A stretch of 64,000 bases of DNA from Octopus vulgaris (GCA_951406725.2 OX597819.1:31372001-31436000); one strand, 5' to 3'; shown: positions 23,203-37,273, counted from the first letter of the stretch. Program-made: numbers and translations. The notes: generated by a model not told the origin, from the sequence alone.

Positions 23203-23889
23203 TCACAATTGCAAGACCACAGTTTCCATCCCCAGACTGGTGGTGTGTTGTGTTCTTGAGTATAATCATTTTATGTTGCTCCAGTTCACTCAGCTATAGA
23301 TAGGGTACCCTGTGACAGACTGGCATTCCATTTAGGGGAAATATTGGCCTGCCCACATAGCCAGCTGGGTTGCACCATTTGCAAGCTACAACATTGTGAG
23401 GAAGCACATTGTGACCAGCGGTGTATTACAATATCTGATAGTCTGGTTGATACAGTGACGACTGTAATATGCTTCATCCTATCTATGACCATGGCCATAT
23501 ATATATAGACTGTATCATTATTATTTTTTCGCAGTGTGGTTTAGTGGTTAGGGTAGTCGGCTCATGATCACAAGGTTGTGAGTTCAGTTCTCGGCAACAT
23601 GTTGTGTCCTTGAGCAAAACACTTTATTTCACATTGCTCCAGTCCACTCAGCTGGCAAAAATGAGTAGTACCTGTATTTCAAAGGGCCAACCTTGTCACA
23701 TCTGTGTCATGCCGCTGAATCTCCCTGAGAACTATGTTAAGGGTACATGTGTCTGTGGAGTGCTTGGCCACATGCATGTTAATTTTATGAGTGGGCTGTT
23801 CTGTTGATTGGATCAACTGGAACCTTCATCGTTGTAACCGAAAGAGTGCCAAATGATCTTGTATCACAAATACACTTTACCTAATCTTT

Positions 23890-24108
23890 TGAGGGAGTGG
23901 TGAAAAGTTCCTGGCTTTGAGTAAAAGAAAATACAGGAGGATCAGTTAATTATGATGTTATTCAACATAATCCTGTCTCAGATTCACACACCTATTGCAG
24001 TGGTCCTTCAGTTTTTCTAAGCCCTGTAAAAGAACTCAGAAAGTTGGGCATTCAACCATACTTGTTGCATTATCCCTTAAGCCAGGAACTTTTCAGTACC
24101 GCCTTGTA
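23890..24108. mobile_element. Tc1/mariner-type MITE
   Basis: TIRs GAGGGAGTGGTGAAAAGTTCCTGGCTT / AAGCCAGGAACTTTTCAGTACCGCCTTG, TA at the right end. Confidence 0.6.
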
Positions 24109-25821
24109 CATGACCTCATTTATAAGTAAAGTTATATATTTAGAGTATGTCTGTATTATGCTTTAATCTATGACCTAGTTGTTTGTAAAGAAGGTAATGA
24201 TAATATATTTCTTTTCACTGCTTTCATGGACTCCCATGACTCTCTGTTACCATCCAATTCCATTTTTATGAATTTGAATCAGGAGCTTGAGTCATAGTAA
24301 ATCTTTCATTAGCTGATTACACAACCATTGATGCCCACCTTATGGATGCGTTGCAGTTACTCTCTTGGTAGAACTTGGTCATCCTGACCATTGATCCTCT
24401 AGGATTCTTCCACTTAGCATCAACGTAAGAAGCACTGTTGGCTTAGTTGTGATCTTCTGCTACCTCTTCACAAGCCACTTCTTACACAACTCCCATGACT
24501 TTGCTGTATCCCTGGCAGGGTAGCTGAACAGGTGCTATGCCTTGCCAAAGGGCAGCCTGTAATCATGCAGAGCACGGTCATAGACTGTGTCATTAATACT
24601 TTCTTTCTCATGTATGACTCTGTTTATGATCGAGGTGTCATACATTTAAAGACAGTGTCACAGATACACCTTTACACTATTTTTATGATCTTGTTATAAA
24701 GACCCTTTATTTAAACAGTATCACAAATACCAGACCGGGCGTTGTGAGTGTTTATTGAGCGAAAACACCTAAAGCTCCACGAGGCTCCGGCAGGGCATGG
24801 TGGTGATCCCTGCTGTACTCTTTCACCACAACTTTCTCTCACTCGTACTTCCTGTGTCTGTTGTACCTGTATTTCAAAGGGCCGGCCTTGTCACTCTCTG
24901 TGTCACGCTGAATATCCCCGAGAACTACGTTAAGGGTACACGTGTCTGTGGAGTGCTCAGCCACTTACACGTTAATTTCACGAGCAGGCTGTTCCGTTGG
25001 TCGGATCAACCGGAACCCTCATCGTCGTAACCGACAGAGTGCCTCCATCCATCACAAATACACTGCAACACAGTTTCTATCTATACCACATTATCCACAA
25101 TCATCATCATCATCTTCATCATCATTATTTAGTGTTTGCTTTCCATGCTGGTATGGGTTAGAATGGTTTGACTGGAACTAGCAAGCTGGTTCCAGTCTGG
25201 TTTGGCATGGTTTCTACACCTGGATGCCCTTCCTAACACTAACCACTCCATGAGTGTAATGGGTCCTTTTAATGTGCCACTAGCATGGGTGCTTTTATGT
25301 GCTACCAGCACAGGTGCCAGTCATGCGGCACCGGCATCAGCCACAACTTTATGAATATTCTATATTTCTGTAAGTAATTTCATTTAAACACATAGCAGTC
25401 ACACATCAACGAAGGATATTTTACTGGGTCACTCTCATTTGAAATAGTAGCCAAATCTCCCTCAAATAATACCTCACTGTGTTAAAGAAAAAGGACACAT
25501 TTGATAATGCAGTCTTAGATATATTATGTCTGAGTAGAAAAAATGGGCTGGTCACAGCTGGAATGCCTTTGCTCATAGTTCTGCTTTATTAATAACAGCC
25601 ATATTTAAACCCTTTTGTTACCATATTTTTCTTGAAATACACCTCTTTGTTTCAGTTGAGTTGAAAAAATCATGAAGAATATAGTAAAATAACTCTTTCA
25701 TTTTTAAACAAATGTTTGGAACATAAATTAGCATGAAATTTTTATAGAAAATACTAATTTAGATCGTTTTAAAGCAAGAAATTTGCACCAGAGAACTAGG
25801 GCAGTCTTGAACTGTTATTAA

Positions 25822-26041
25822 CCCTTTCGTTACCAACCCGGCTGAAACCGGCTCTGGCTCTGAGTACAAATGTCTTGTTTTCATAAATTTTGAATTAAAA
25901 TCTTCCACCAAACCTTAGTCACAATTTATGTTCTTAATACTAGCTGAATGATAACTAAGTTATTTTACTAAATTCTTTGTTATATTTAAAGTAATTGAAA
26001 GAAATACAGAACACCTCAAAATAAATACAGTAATGAAAGGG
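25822..26041. mobile_element. piggyBac-like MITE family 2 (second copy 43029-43629, interrupted by a Helitron)
   Basis: TTAA|CCCTTTCGTTAC ... GTAATGAAAGGG|TTAA. Confidence 0.75.
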
Positions 26042-26339
26042 TTAAAGAGTTAAAGTCTGGTTCCCTCTGTGTTTGTAGTAGGTGCCCCATTAGTTGCAAT
26101 ATCTTTACAGTTTGTGAAGGTGTGTGGTTAGGGTATTTGGCTCATGATCGTAAGGTCACGAGTTCAATCCTGGTGGCATGTTGTGACCTTGAGCTAGACA
26201 CTTTATTTCACAATGCTCCAGTCCAGTCAGCTGGCAAAAATTAGTTGTTCCTGTATTTCAAAGGGCCAGCCTCGTCACACTGAAAATTATGTTAAGGGTG
26301 CACATGTTTGTTGAGTGTTCAGCCACTTGCATGTTAATT

Positions 26340-26735
26340 GGATCTTTTCAGTTTGAACGGCAGTTTTTTCTAGTGGTGTCATATGAAATTGTCACCCATA
26401 ATTATGACCCTATTATCGATCTATTGCATTTCTATCTGTTTTAGGGGTGGGAGGAAGGGTATCTTTTTTTCTTCACAAATGTAAGTAAGCCCAATCTGTT
26501 TCTTAAACGAGGGACATATTCATATGGCACAGAATGTTTTTTACCTCAATAGACGTATTTGATTGGTTGAAATTGCATTAAAAGAACGACAAATATCTTA
26601 CAAACTATAGAATTTTCTCAATAAAGCCAAAAGAAAAAGATGTTTTATAAACACATTCTACCAGTATACGAGGTTTAAACTTTTTTAGTTACCTAGAAAT
26701 TATGTTAAAAACTGCCGTTCAAACCAAAAAGATCC
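26340..26735 (+). mobile_element. Same TIR family (further copies 55094-55499 complete, 42029-~42315 truncated)
   Basis: Same TIRs and internal sequence; GTTAATT duplicated at the flanks. Confidence 0.8.
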
Positions 26736-27763
26736 AGTTAATTTCATGAGCAGGCTGTCCCTCGTCGTCATACCCGATGGAGTGTCAGTTAGTTACAGTT
26801 CACTGAAGCTAGACAATTCAGCTTGCTTATAGAAGGTGTCTCTCGTTTCAGATACTTATATATGGCAAATTGATTGAGGTATTTTAAAGTTCTGTTGATA
26901 TTAAATGAATGAAAGGCAGCATAAATTATTTTTGAGATAACATATACTTAGAGAAATTTGTGCTTCTATATAAAATCACATTTTTAAAATTCTACTTAAC
27001 TTTGTCACTTTCATTATCTTTCCCATGGCATGTGGAACTGTGGCAACTAGAACCTCTGCGTATTAAATTAGAATTGATTGATGAAAGAAGAAGAAAGGCT
27101 AAAGGTGATATGGATTATGAAAGTGGATTATGAAATAGAAAGGTTTCAAGTTTGTTGTTGGTGATTTTTGATTTTTAGATCAATCCATTTCTTGTCAATA
27201 TTGAAAAAAAACAAACAATAAATAAATGAAAAAAACATAAAATCAACATTTAGAACTGTGATCTGATTTCTTGAGATATCTCATTAGCAATAACGATCTC
27301 TCAGTCATTGCCTTTAAACAATACTTACGTGAGTGTTAACCAGTTCAATGAAGGAAGCAATTAAAAAGTTAATAAGAAGTAATTATGCAGAGAAGGAAAA
27401 TAATCAATATTAATCAATAACTAATATTGTTTTAATTATTTCATCATTGCATAATTATTTCTAATTAGCTTCTTAATATTCTCTTCATTAAATATGTTAA
27501 CAGTAAACTGAACTATCGTTTTTCATATATACTCTTCTCTCTCTTTTACTCTTTTACTTGTTTCAGTCATTTGACTGCGGCCATGCTGGAGCACCGCCTT
27601 TAGTCGAGCAAATCGACCCCGGGACTTATTCTTTGTAAGCCCAGTACTTATTCTATCGGTCTCTTTTGCGGAACCGCTAAGTGACGGGGACGTAAACACA
27701 CCGGCATCGGTTGTCAAGCAATGCTAGGGGACAAACACAGACACACAAACATATACACACACA

Positions 27764-27802
<39 letters not shown>

Positions 27803-29589
27803 TCCCTGAGTTATGGCATTAATCCTTCAAATGTAATGCTTATTTATTCACATCGTTTTGAATTAATTATACGTTGTCTTGTAGCTTCAAGATTTTGATG
27901 GTATGACTCTTTTACTCTTTTACTTGTTTCAGTCATTTGACTGCGGCCGTGCTGGAGCACCGCCTTTAATCGAGCAACTCGACCCTGGGACTTATTCTTT
28001 TGTAAGCCCAGTACTTATTCTATCGGTCTCTTTTGCCGAACCGCTAAGTAACGGGGACATAAACACACCAGCATCGGTTGTCAAGCAATGCTAGGGGGAC
28101 AAACACAGACACACAAACACACACACGCATATATATATATATGCATATACACGACGGGCTTCTTTCAGTTTCCGTCTACCAAATCCAAGCACAAGGCTTT
28201 GGTCGGCCCGAGGCTATAGTAGAAGACACTTGCCCAAGATGCCACGCAGTGGGACTGAACCCGTAACCATGTGGTTGGTAAACAAGCTACTTACCACACA
28301 GCCACTCCTGCGCCTCCTGACTGTTTATTTTTAGAATGTTAATTGTATGCTCTAAGTGTAAGATGCTGTATCTGGCCAGTTTTAACATAAAACAGGTAGA
28401 ATATTTAGGCTGGCTGTGGCTGGTGTAAATGTTAAAAGGTTAAACAGTCTGTTGATTCTGTGACCCACTCTCACTGCGTGACTACTTGGGCAAGTGTCTG
28501 TTACCATAGTTACTAGTTGACCAATATTTTGTGATTGAAATATGGTGGACAGAATAGGCGCAGAATAGGCGCAGGAGTGGCTGTGTGGTAAGTAGCTTGC
28601 TAACCAACCACATGGTTCCGGGTTCGGTCCCACTGCGTGGCATCTTGGGCAAGTGTCTTCTGCTATAGCCCCGGGCCAACCAATGCCTTGTGAGTGGATT
28701 TGGTAGACGGAAACTGAAAGAAGCCTGTCGTATATATGTATATATGTGTATGTGTGTGTGTTTGTCCCCCTGGCATTGCTTGACAACCGATGCTGGTGTG
28801 TTTATGTCCCCGTCACTTAGCGGTTCGGCAAAAGAGACCGATAGAATAAGTACTGGGCTTACAAAGAATAAGTCCCGGGGTCGATTTGCTCGACTAAAGG
28901 CGGTGCCCCAGCATGGCCGCAGTCAAATGGCTGAAACAAGTAAAAGAGTAAAGAGAGTAATCATCATGGATGGTCCCTTGTCAGTGGGACAAATCCTGTT
29001 GTTGGGTGGCAGACATAATTAGTCTCTTGGTTTAACACCATCACCTGGCCCTTAGGGGTCTTCAACAGAGTCCAGTCTGCTGCAAGCATTCTGGCCGAGT
29101 CTCTGGTCTGAGAATTACTTCCTAACTTTCCTCTACCATTGTTGGAGACCCTATAAAAGATTGAAGGGTTCTGTCTTTTCTCCTTTTAAATAAATCATCT
29201 CAGAAGAAAGAACAAAACAAAACATTAATACTGATCAATACTGATGGCTTGTTTTATCTGTATTATTTTATTCTAACCCATGAATGGAATTTCTTCTTCA
29301 GAAGTAATAATTCTTTCCAATTTTGACACAAAGCCAGTAATTTTGAGAGTTGGAGGGGACAAATCAATTACATGTTTACATTGACGCCAGTACTTGACTG
29401 GCACTTATTTTTATCAACCCTGAAAGATGAAATGCAAAGTTGACCTTAGTGATATTTGAACTCAGAACATAAAGAGCTGAGTTCAGTTCAAATGTCCCTA
29501 AGCATTTTTTGTCAAAGGCACTAAGAAATCTGCCAACTTACCACCTTTATTTCTGAAGCAATAATAATAATAATATTAATAATAATAAT

Positions 29590-30240
29590 TCATTCTTTTA
29601 TTAGCCACAAGGGCTCACATACAAAATATTAAAAGGCATGCAACAACATAAAAGACAAAAACGGGATGATTCAATGGATTTTACGGCATGTAAACAATAA
29701 ATAAATAAAAATTAAACAATGTAAAACTCCCAAAAGGGGAGGTGCTTTAAAGGTCCTTGTGGAAAAACCCACAAAAGCCACAAATGCCTGATTGATAGGG
29801 CAGAGCCCTTCTCCTTTAATTCTTTTTTTTACATGTGTACACTCAGAATTGGTCCTTTCACACTGGCCATTCTTCCAACATTCACCCACCTTTCAATAAA
29901 CTTGCTACAAGGCAACACTTCCCTCTCCACCCTGAACTTGAAAAAGTTGATGAGGGCTTGGCCAAAGAGGAAAGTGTCTGACTTTAGCCCTTTCAGACAT
30001 GTCCACCATACTACCTCTTTCGCTACATCCACCAGACAAATAAAAACAGCCAGCCCCTCCTGGCCAAAGGAGGGCAGTGGCACAATCTTCACTATGGATT
30101 CAGCTGATAGCTGGATCCATCCCACACATGAGAGCAGCTGTTTGACATAAACCCAGAGGTCAGCAATCTTGAGACCTCTGACAGCAGGCTGCTGTATGCT
30201 CTCAGAATCTACCTGAACAAACAAGACTAAATGTTCTGAG
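29590..30240 (-). mobile_element. L1/Tx1-like LINE 3' fragment (ORF2 C-terminus plus 3' UTR)
   Basis: ORF 29829-30284 ...IADLWVYVKQLLS...AKEVVWWT...KFIERW resembles the Tx1 post-zinc-finger region; 3' end with AATAAA in an (AAT)n tract. Confidence 0.5.
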
Positions 30241-30290
30241 AAGTAAAATAATAATATTAATAATAACAACAACAACAACAACAATAATAA

Positions 30291-30846
30291 ATGCCCTGAT
30301 GCAGTACCAGGCAGTGGCTTTCATGGCTTCTCATCTTAACTGGTTGGAAGTGTTATCATGTACATTGTTTTGTCTTGGTGTAAAAGATGGGCTACAGCAA
30401 ATATTCTGCTCAATACCACAGATTTGCCTGTCAGTTGCTTGACCTTAACCAGTTGAGCATGTCCCTTATTGGCTGATGATATGTGCATCTCTGATCATGA
30501 GCAGAAGTAGTGGGGGAGCATCCTAGTCATGTGTCGAGAGAAATTATTTGGGGTTTAGATAATTCACCTTTGGAAACATGGGTGTTTCGTTCATCATCCT
30601 TAAACAACCCTTATTCAGGGACCTTTTGAGCAGGATGGGCTACTCGACCTAAAGAAAATTCTAACTGGGCCCCACCTGCAAGGTCATGTGCTGTTTATCT
30701 TGATATGCGATCACTATGTCGCACACATATGATTGTGATGCATGTGCCTAGTGTACCCTTATCAAACGGGTAGTCATGATGAGTATACTGGGCTTCGTAT
30801 ATTTTACCCCAGTGTCACTCTGATGGCATGCACTGCTCTCACTCAA
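30291..30846. mobile_element. ~555-bp interspersed repeat embedded in (AAT)n arrays; second copy 39853-40697
   Basis: Two colinear, highly similar copies, both flanked by AAT tracts. Confidence 0.7.
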
Positions 30847-31156
30847 TAATAATAATAATAATAATATTTTTGGCACAAAGCTAGAAATTTCAGGCAAGTG
30901 GGCGAGTTGATTACATTGACCCCAGTATTCAACTGGTACTTGTTTTATCAATCCTGGAAGGTAAAGTCAACCATGACAGAATTTGAACTCTGGACGTAAA
31001 GATGGATGAAGTGCCACTTAGCATTTTGCGTGGCCTGCTAATGGTTCTATCAGCTCTTCATAAAATTACTGAAAATTTGTGGATATCTAAGGCTACAGGT
31101 AGTAACCCGTTACCTACATAACTTCTATGAAGAATAAGAAGAAACCTGAGTCAACT

Positions 31157-31189
<33 letters not shown>

Positions 31190-31904
31190 CTTGTTTTCGT
31201 CATTACTTCAGATGTAATAATCATCATCATCATCATCATCATCATTTAGCGTCCGTTTTCCATGCTAGCATGGGGTGGACAGTTTAACTGGGGTCTGAAG
31301 CCAGAAGGCTTCATCAGGCCCAGTCAGATTTGGCAGTGTTTCTACGGCTGGATGCCCTTCCTAACGCCAACCACTCCGTGAGTGTAGTGGGTGCTTTTTA
31401 CGTGCCACCTGCACAGGTGCCAGACAGAGCTGGCAAATGGCCATGAACGGATGATGTTTTTACGTGCCACCGGCACGGGGAATAATTTTTAATGATGATG
31501 ATGATAATGATAACTAATAACAATAATCCTTTTTACTAAAGGTACAAGGCCTAAAATTTTGCGGGAGGGGACTAGTCAGTTATTGGCCCCAGTGTTTCAT
31601 TGGTACTCAATTTATTGACTCCAAAAGGATGAAATGCAAAGACAACCCCGGCAGAATTTGAACTCAGAATGTAACGACTGATGAAAAACTTCTAAGTATT
31701 TCATCCAGTGTGCTCAAGATTTTGCCAGCTCACTGCCTTAATAATAATGATGATGATGATGATTTGTTTTATTGACCTCAAGGGCCCAAGGTATGGAGGA
31801 CAATATCGAAGGACGAGTTACAGCACAGAAAAAGAAAAATAATCTAATAATAATGATAATGATGATAATAATAAATGCTAGCATGAAAGGTGGACGTTAA
31901 ACGA

Positions 31905-31945
<41 letters not shown>

Positions 31946-32349
31946 CAGAAATTATCATTTATTCTCACCAGTTTCCTACATAATATTATTCAGGAAATGC
32001 CATTTATTTTGTATGTAGTGTTTCTTTGTGGAAATAAAATGGTTGAGTGATTAAAGTGTTGTACTGCTTTCTCATGGATTATGAGTTCATTCATATTTGC
32101 TACAGGTGTTCTATTATGGAAGATGTTAAATTCTAATTCTGTCATTCTCCATAGTTTACCTGTTGTGTGAACATAACAACCAAATAGTTTTCTGGGTAAC
32201 TTTTCTTCAGTTATACTGTCATTCTGCCCCCGCTGCTGGTGGTAGTGGGTAAAATTGTTTTACCTGATTCACATTAACTTTTGTTCTGTTTAAGAAAAAA
32301 ATTAACATTAAACAGGTGTTTCAATAACTTGTTTCTGTTCTTCCTGCAG

Positions 32350-32451
32350 GTTCTGTCATAATATATTTGACCGAGATTATAAAGCTACCATTGGAGTAGA
32401 TTTTGAAGTGGAAAAGTTTTCCATCCTGTCAGCACCTTTTACTCTCCAATT
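32350..32451 (+). CDS. RAB34: Rab34/36-like coding exon 4 (FCHNIFDRDYKATIGVDFEVEKFSILSAPFTLQ)
   Basis: Switch I/RabF1 YKATIGVDF; CTGCAG acceptor, GTAAGT donor. Confidence 0.95.
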
Positions 32452-32710
32452 GTAAGTAAAACATTTAACATCACCAATATTTCAAACTCGGTAATGAATG
32501 TTGCCAGTATGACAGTACAGAGATAAATTCCAGTTAGAATAATACAGGCCAGTGAATGGTAGAATTTGTAGAGTAGCTAATTAAATACTTTGTGTTATAT
32601 AGTTATGTTACTTAATGCAATATGTGATTGGATTCAATATCTGACCGCGTGTGTACCGTTGGCGATTTTTTTTCCTCCGTTTTCCCTTCCTTGGATCTTT
32701 CCTTTTCCTA

Positions 32711-32746
32711 TGTTTCTGATGAAGAGCTCTGCTCGAAACGTTAAAT
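32711..32746 (+). ncRNA. Putative minimal hammerhead ribozyme motif in a Penelope-like remnant (~32590-32830)
   Basis: GTTT-CTGATGA-A-GAGC-tct-GCTC-GAAACGTT-AAAT; core boxes, stem II and palindromic AACGTT stem III. Confidence 0.55.
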
Positions 32747-33269
32747 CCTCCTTCTTTCTTTCCTTCCTGAGCGTCCAATAACACTATACTTGTTCCACGT
32801 CTTCGCGTTTTCATGTTTGGATTAACTTTATGTTACTTTATAAACTGAGTTCAAATATCACCTAAGTCATCGTTACCTTCTGAGATTAATAAAACTGAAC
32901 TTATTTGTAGTCTGTAAGTTTCTGAGTTCAAATCATGTTGGTGTCAAGCTTGACTTTCACCATTCCAGGATCAAATACAATGTCGATTCACCTATCCAGA
33001 ACTTCACCATGGGTCTATGTAACATTTTTTTTTTTTTTATATAATGACAAAGGCTGTGTATTTTAGGGGCCAATACTGTGGTAATGTGCAGCATTGATAA
33101 ACCTTTCCCTTTATAATTAGGGATTTAAGTTAATTGAACTTTTATCATTTGAATAGCAAAACTTTTTAATTACTTACATAAATTGCTCTATCAACTGACC
33201 ATAAATCAATATTAATTTTTACCATTGAAATATGACAGCTATGGGACTATGGACATTTGATTAGAAAGT

Positions 33270-33495
33270 TGCAGAAAATTGCAAGATGGATTCTTTGAAC
33301 CAAGCCAACTGGGAGACCTGGGGGTAGACCAAGAATGAGATGGTAGGATAATGTCCAGTCTCAGTTGGTCATGCTTGGGAATCCAGCTGAAAAGTCTAAT
33401 GATGGTTGCTTCTCATAGGAGTCTGTGGAGGAGGTACCTGAGGATTCTACTCCCATGTTCCTTCCAGGAATAGTGGATGTAGAAGATGGATAGAA
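33270..33495 (+). mobile_element. RTE-clade LINE 3' fragment
   Basis: Degenerate KPTGRPGGRPRMRW.DN..., followed by a short GATG-type tail. Confidence 0.5.
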
Positions 33496-33596
33496 TGTGT
33501 CTAGTCACTTAAACCAACTCCACTGTTTGACTGGTACTTATCTCTCGACTTGGGGAGGAGGATTTGTGCATGCCGAGAGTGTCGGTGCAAAAAAAT

Positions 33597-33972
33597 AAAG
33601 TTGGATACTTTTTGAACACACCTCATAATCCAGGTTTTCCTGGTCAAGAACAACACACCACTTGTTTAACAGGCTCCCTACTCTCCTGACTTGGCACCGT
33701 GTGACTTCTGGCTTTTTAACAAACCGAAAAAAAACATGTTGAAAGGGAAGTGATTTGAGTCATGAGAGGAAATTATATGAGAAAAGCAAACAGTGGAGCT
33801 CCATAACATTCCAGAGAAAGCATTCCAGAGGTGTTACCAGCAATGATAGACCTGCTGGGAGAAGTGTGTGAACTCCCAAGGGGAGTATTTTGAAGGTGAT
33901 TAAATAAAATTTATGAAATATACAAAATTGCTTTTTTATGCCCAAAGGTTGGATACTTTTTGAATGCACCTT
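33597..33972 (+). mobile_element. mariner transposase C-terminal pseudogene fragment with 3' TIR
   Basis: QAPYSPDLAPCDFWLF (YSPDLAP at 33679-33699), WEKCVNSQGxYFEGD; TIR GTTGGATACTTTTTGAA..CACCT present twice. Confidence 0.8.
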
Positions 33973-35284
33973 ATTTGTGTAAACTAAGGTAAAGTTACCT
34001 TTTTGTGTCATGTCAACTTACAAGGACCGGTTTCCTGGTTTCCCTGGTATATAAATACCCCACTTAGATGGGACACTGGTCTGTCACAGGATTACTCATT
34101 TTTGCTAGATGAGTGAATTGGAGCAGCATGAAATGAAGTGTTTTGTTCAAGAACACAACACATTGCCCAGTCCAGGAATCAAAACCATAATCTTACCATC
34201 ATGAGTCCAACACTCTAAGACATGTGCCTCATGTGCCTCCACTTATGTAAAGTAGGTGTTACAACACTTGTATACCTCACTAAAGTATGGTGGGTTATCA
34301 GTAGTGTTTAATTTTTATTATAATATAAATCTGGAGGTGCAATGGCCCAGTGGTTAGGGCAGCAGACTCGTGGTCGTAGGATCGCGGTTTTGATTCCCAG
34401 ACCGGGCATTGTAAGTGTTTATTGAGCAAAAACATCTAAAGCTTCATGAGGCTCTGGCAGGGGGGTGGGGGGGTGGCAAACCCTGCTGTACTCTTTCACC
34501 ACAACTTTTTCTCATTCTTTCTTCCCGTTTTTGTTTTACCTGTATTTCAAAGGACCGGCCTTGTCACAATCTGTGTCACACTGAATCTCCCCGAGAACTA
34601 CATTAAAGTTACGCATGTCTGTGGAATGCTCAGCCACTTGTACATTAATTTCACGAGCAGGCTGTTCTGTCGATCGGATCAACTGGAACCCCCATCGTTG
34701 TAACTGCTGGAGCGCCACAATAATAGAAATTATGCAAGTATGTGAAGGTGTATGGCCTAGTGGTTTGGATGTTGCACTTGAAATTGCAAGATTGTGGTTT
34801 CAACTTCTAGACAGGGTGGTGCATTCTGTTTGAGCAAAGCTCTTCATTTCACATTGTTCCAGTTCACTCAACTGTAAATGAATAACCTTGCAATGGACTG
34901 GCATTCTGTTCAAGAGGAATGTTCACTTATCTACCATAAAAACTGGGTAACTGGCTCTAGGAGTCCTTTAACTCCAGGGACTGATGATGATGATATGCAA
35001 GTATATCTATATATGTAACTGAAATATCAACCATTCCTCTCATCACCTACTATGACCTCCTTATGTAACTCATATTTCACATTGTCTTTTGTACCAACCA
35101 TTTCTCTGAAGTTGTGAAACAGAAGTAGCTCATACCTTACTCTGTTCCTTACTCCTACCATATTTCTGGAATAATGAAACAGAATGAAAGTGTGTGTGTG
35201 TGCGTGCGTGCGTGCGTGCATGCGTGCGTGCGTGCGTGCGTGCGTGCGTGTGTGTGTGTGTGTGTGTGTGCGCGCACGTGCACA

Positions 35285-35323
<39 letters not shown>

Positions 35324-37208
35324 GTTATCCTCTGGCTTGTCTGCTGTACGACTGTCCAGTATTTTCCTCCATGTAAAGGAACATCAGTGTACACTGGTGG
35401 GTCTTGGTGTCCAGTAAGGAAGCTGCTTCTTCATGGTCAAACAGTCTGCTGTAAAATTCAGAATCCAAGGATTTTTTCTTTCTTGTCAACTATATTCTCT
35501 TTCTTGAGAAAGAGTCACTACCAGATTCATTGATAATTTTTCCTTTCCTTCATAGCAAAATGCATTTTATTTCCTTACTAGTTTTATTATTTATTCTGGG
35601 GATGAAGTGGTGAGAAGAGATCTTCAGATGCTGGGCCTCACTGAGGAAATGACCAAGGACTGGGAGTTGTGGTGATTTGCTGTTCTTGAGAAGACATATC
35701 AAGCTGAGTAAAATCGCTGTCATCATCATCATCATCATCATTGTTTAACACCCGTTTTCCATGTAAGCATGGGTTGGACAGTTCAACCGGGGATCTGGGA
35801 AGCCAGAAGATTGCACCAGGCTCCAGTCTGATCTGGCAGTGTTTCTACAGCTGGATGCCCTTCCTAACGCCAACCACTCCGTGAGTGTAGTGGGTGCTTT
35901 TTACATGCCACTGGCACAGGTGCCAGGCGAGGCTGGCAACAGCCATGATCGGATTGGTGCTTTTTACGTGCCACTGGCATGGAAGCCAGTCAAGGCGGCA
36001 CTGGCATCGGCCACGTTCAGATGGTGCTTTTTACGTGCCACCGGCATGAGGCATGTCTTTTGCAGGTACCAATGCCACATAAAATGCACTTGTGCTGGCG
36101 CTGCATAAACACATCCATGCTGGTGGCACATAAAAAGCACCCAGGACACTCTGTAAAGTGGTTGGCATTAGGAAAGGCATCCAGCCATAGAAACCATGCC
36201 ACAACAGACAATTGTAGTCTGGCCAGCTCCTATCAAATTGTCCAACCTATGTCAGTATGGAAAACAGACATTAAATGATGATGATGATGATGATGATTCC
36301 CACTGTAGATGAGATTTAGTTGAAAAGTACTGCACCCTGCAGAAAAACAGTAATACATTGGTATTACCCCTCTCGTTCTTTTCTTCAAGAAAGGCAAAAT
36401 CACCATTGCCCTTTTGAAATATATAATCTTCAAATGCCATCTTGTTTCATTCTTCAGCAGTTTCTATATTATAAACCAATTTTTTGATTAAGTATGGCTG
36501 ATGGTTAGTAAGGAGAGATCTAGCCTCTCACACCAAACCTACATTGACATTCTAAAATAAACAATCACATCATTGAAACCTCAAAGCTATTAGACAATGC
36601 ATGATTAATTCAAAACAATTTGAGCGAAAAAGTATTACATTTAATAGTAATCTGAACACTAAAGGGTTAAGTATGGCTGACGGTTAGTAAGGAGAGACAC
36701 ACAAATAAGAAAGAAGAAAGCAAAGGACCACTGATGCGGTCACAGGAGTGTGACGAAAGAACTCTAATAAGATTAAGATTAATGTAAAAAATAAATAACG
36801 CTGAAGCAAAGTAACACCAAATATATAGTGCGTGTGTTTTTATTGGCTAAACTGGCAAAATGACCATTCCTAAATACAACAATATCTATTTCAACACACG
36901 GTTTCACATCAAAAATCTTGCACAACAAATATATAAACGTAATATCTTAACTCTTTAGCATTTGAACTGGCCATAGCTGGCCCCAAATATTCTGCTTGTT
37001 TTATGTTCAAACTTACCATATCTAGCCTCTTACTCTACACTGTAAATCTTTAATCTCCAAGACAATACATGATTAATTCAAAACAATATGAATAAATAAG
37101 TTTTACATTTGACAGAATAATCTGAATGCTAAAGGGTTAAATATTTTCTATGTCTTTTACTAAGTATTGTTGTGACTGTTTATTTATTTACATATATATT
37201 TATTTTAG

Positions 37209-37273
37209 ATGGGACACAGCTGGTCAAGAACGGTTCAAGTGTATTGCTGCTTCTTATTACCGTGGGGCTAATT
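37209..37273 (+). CDS. RAB34: Rab34/36-like coding exon 5 (WDTAGQERFKCIAASYYRGAN)
   Basis: G3 box WDTAGQERF and YYRGA; canonical splice sites. Confidence 0.96.
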
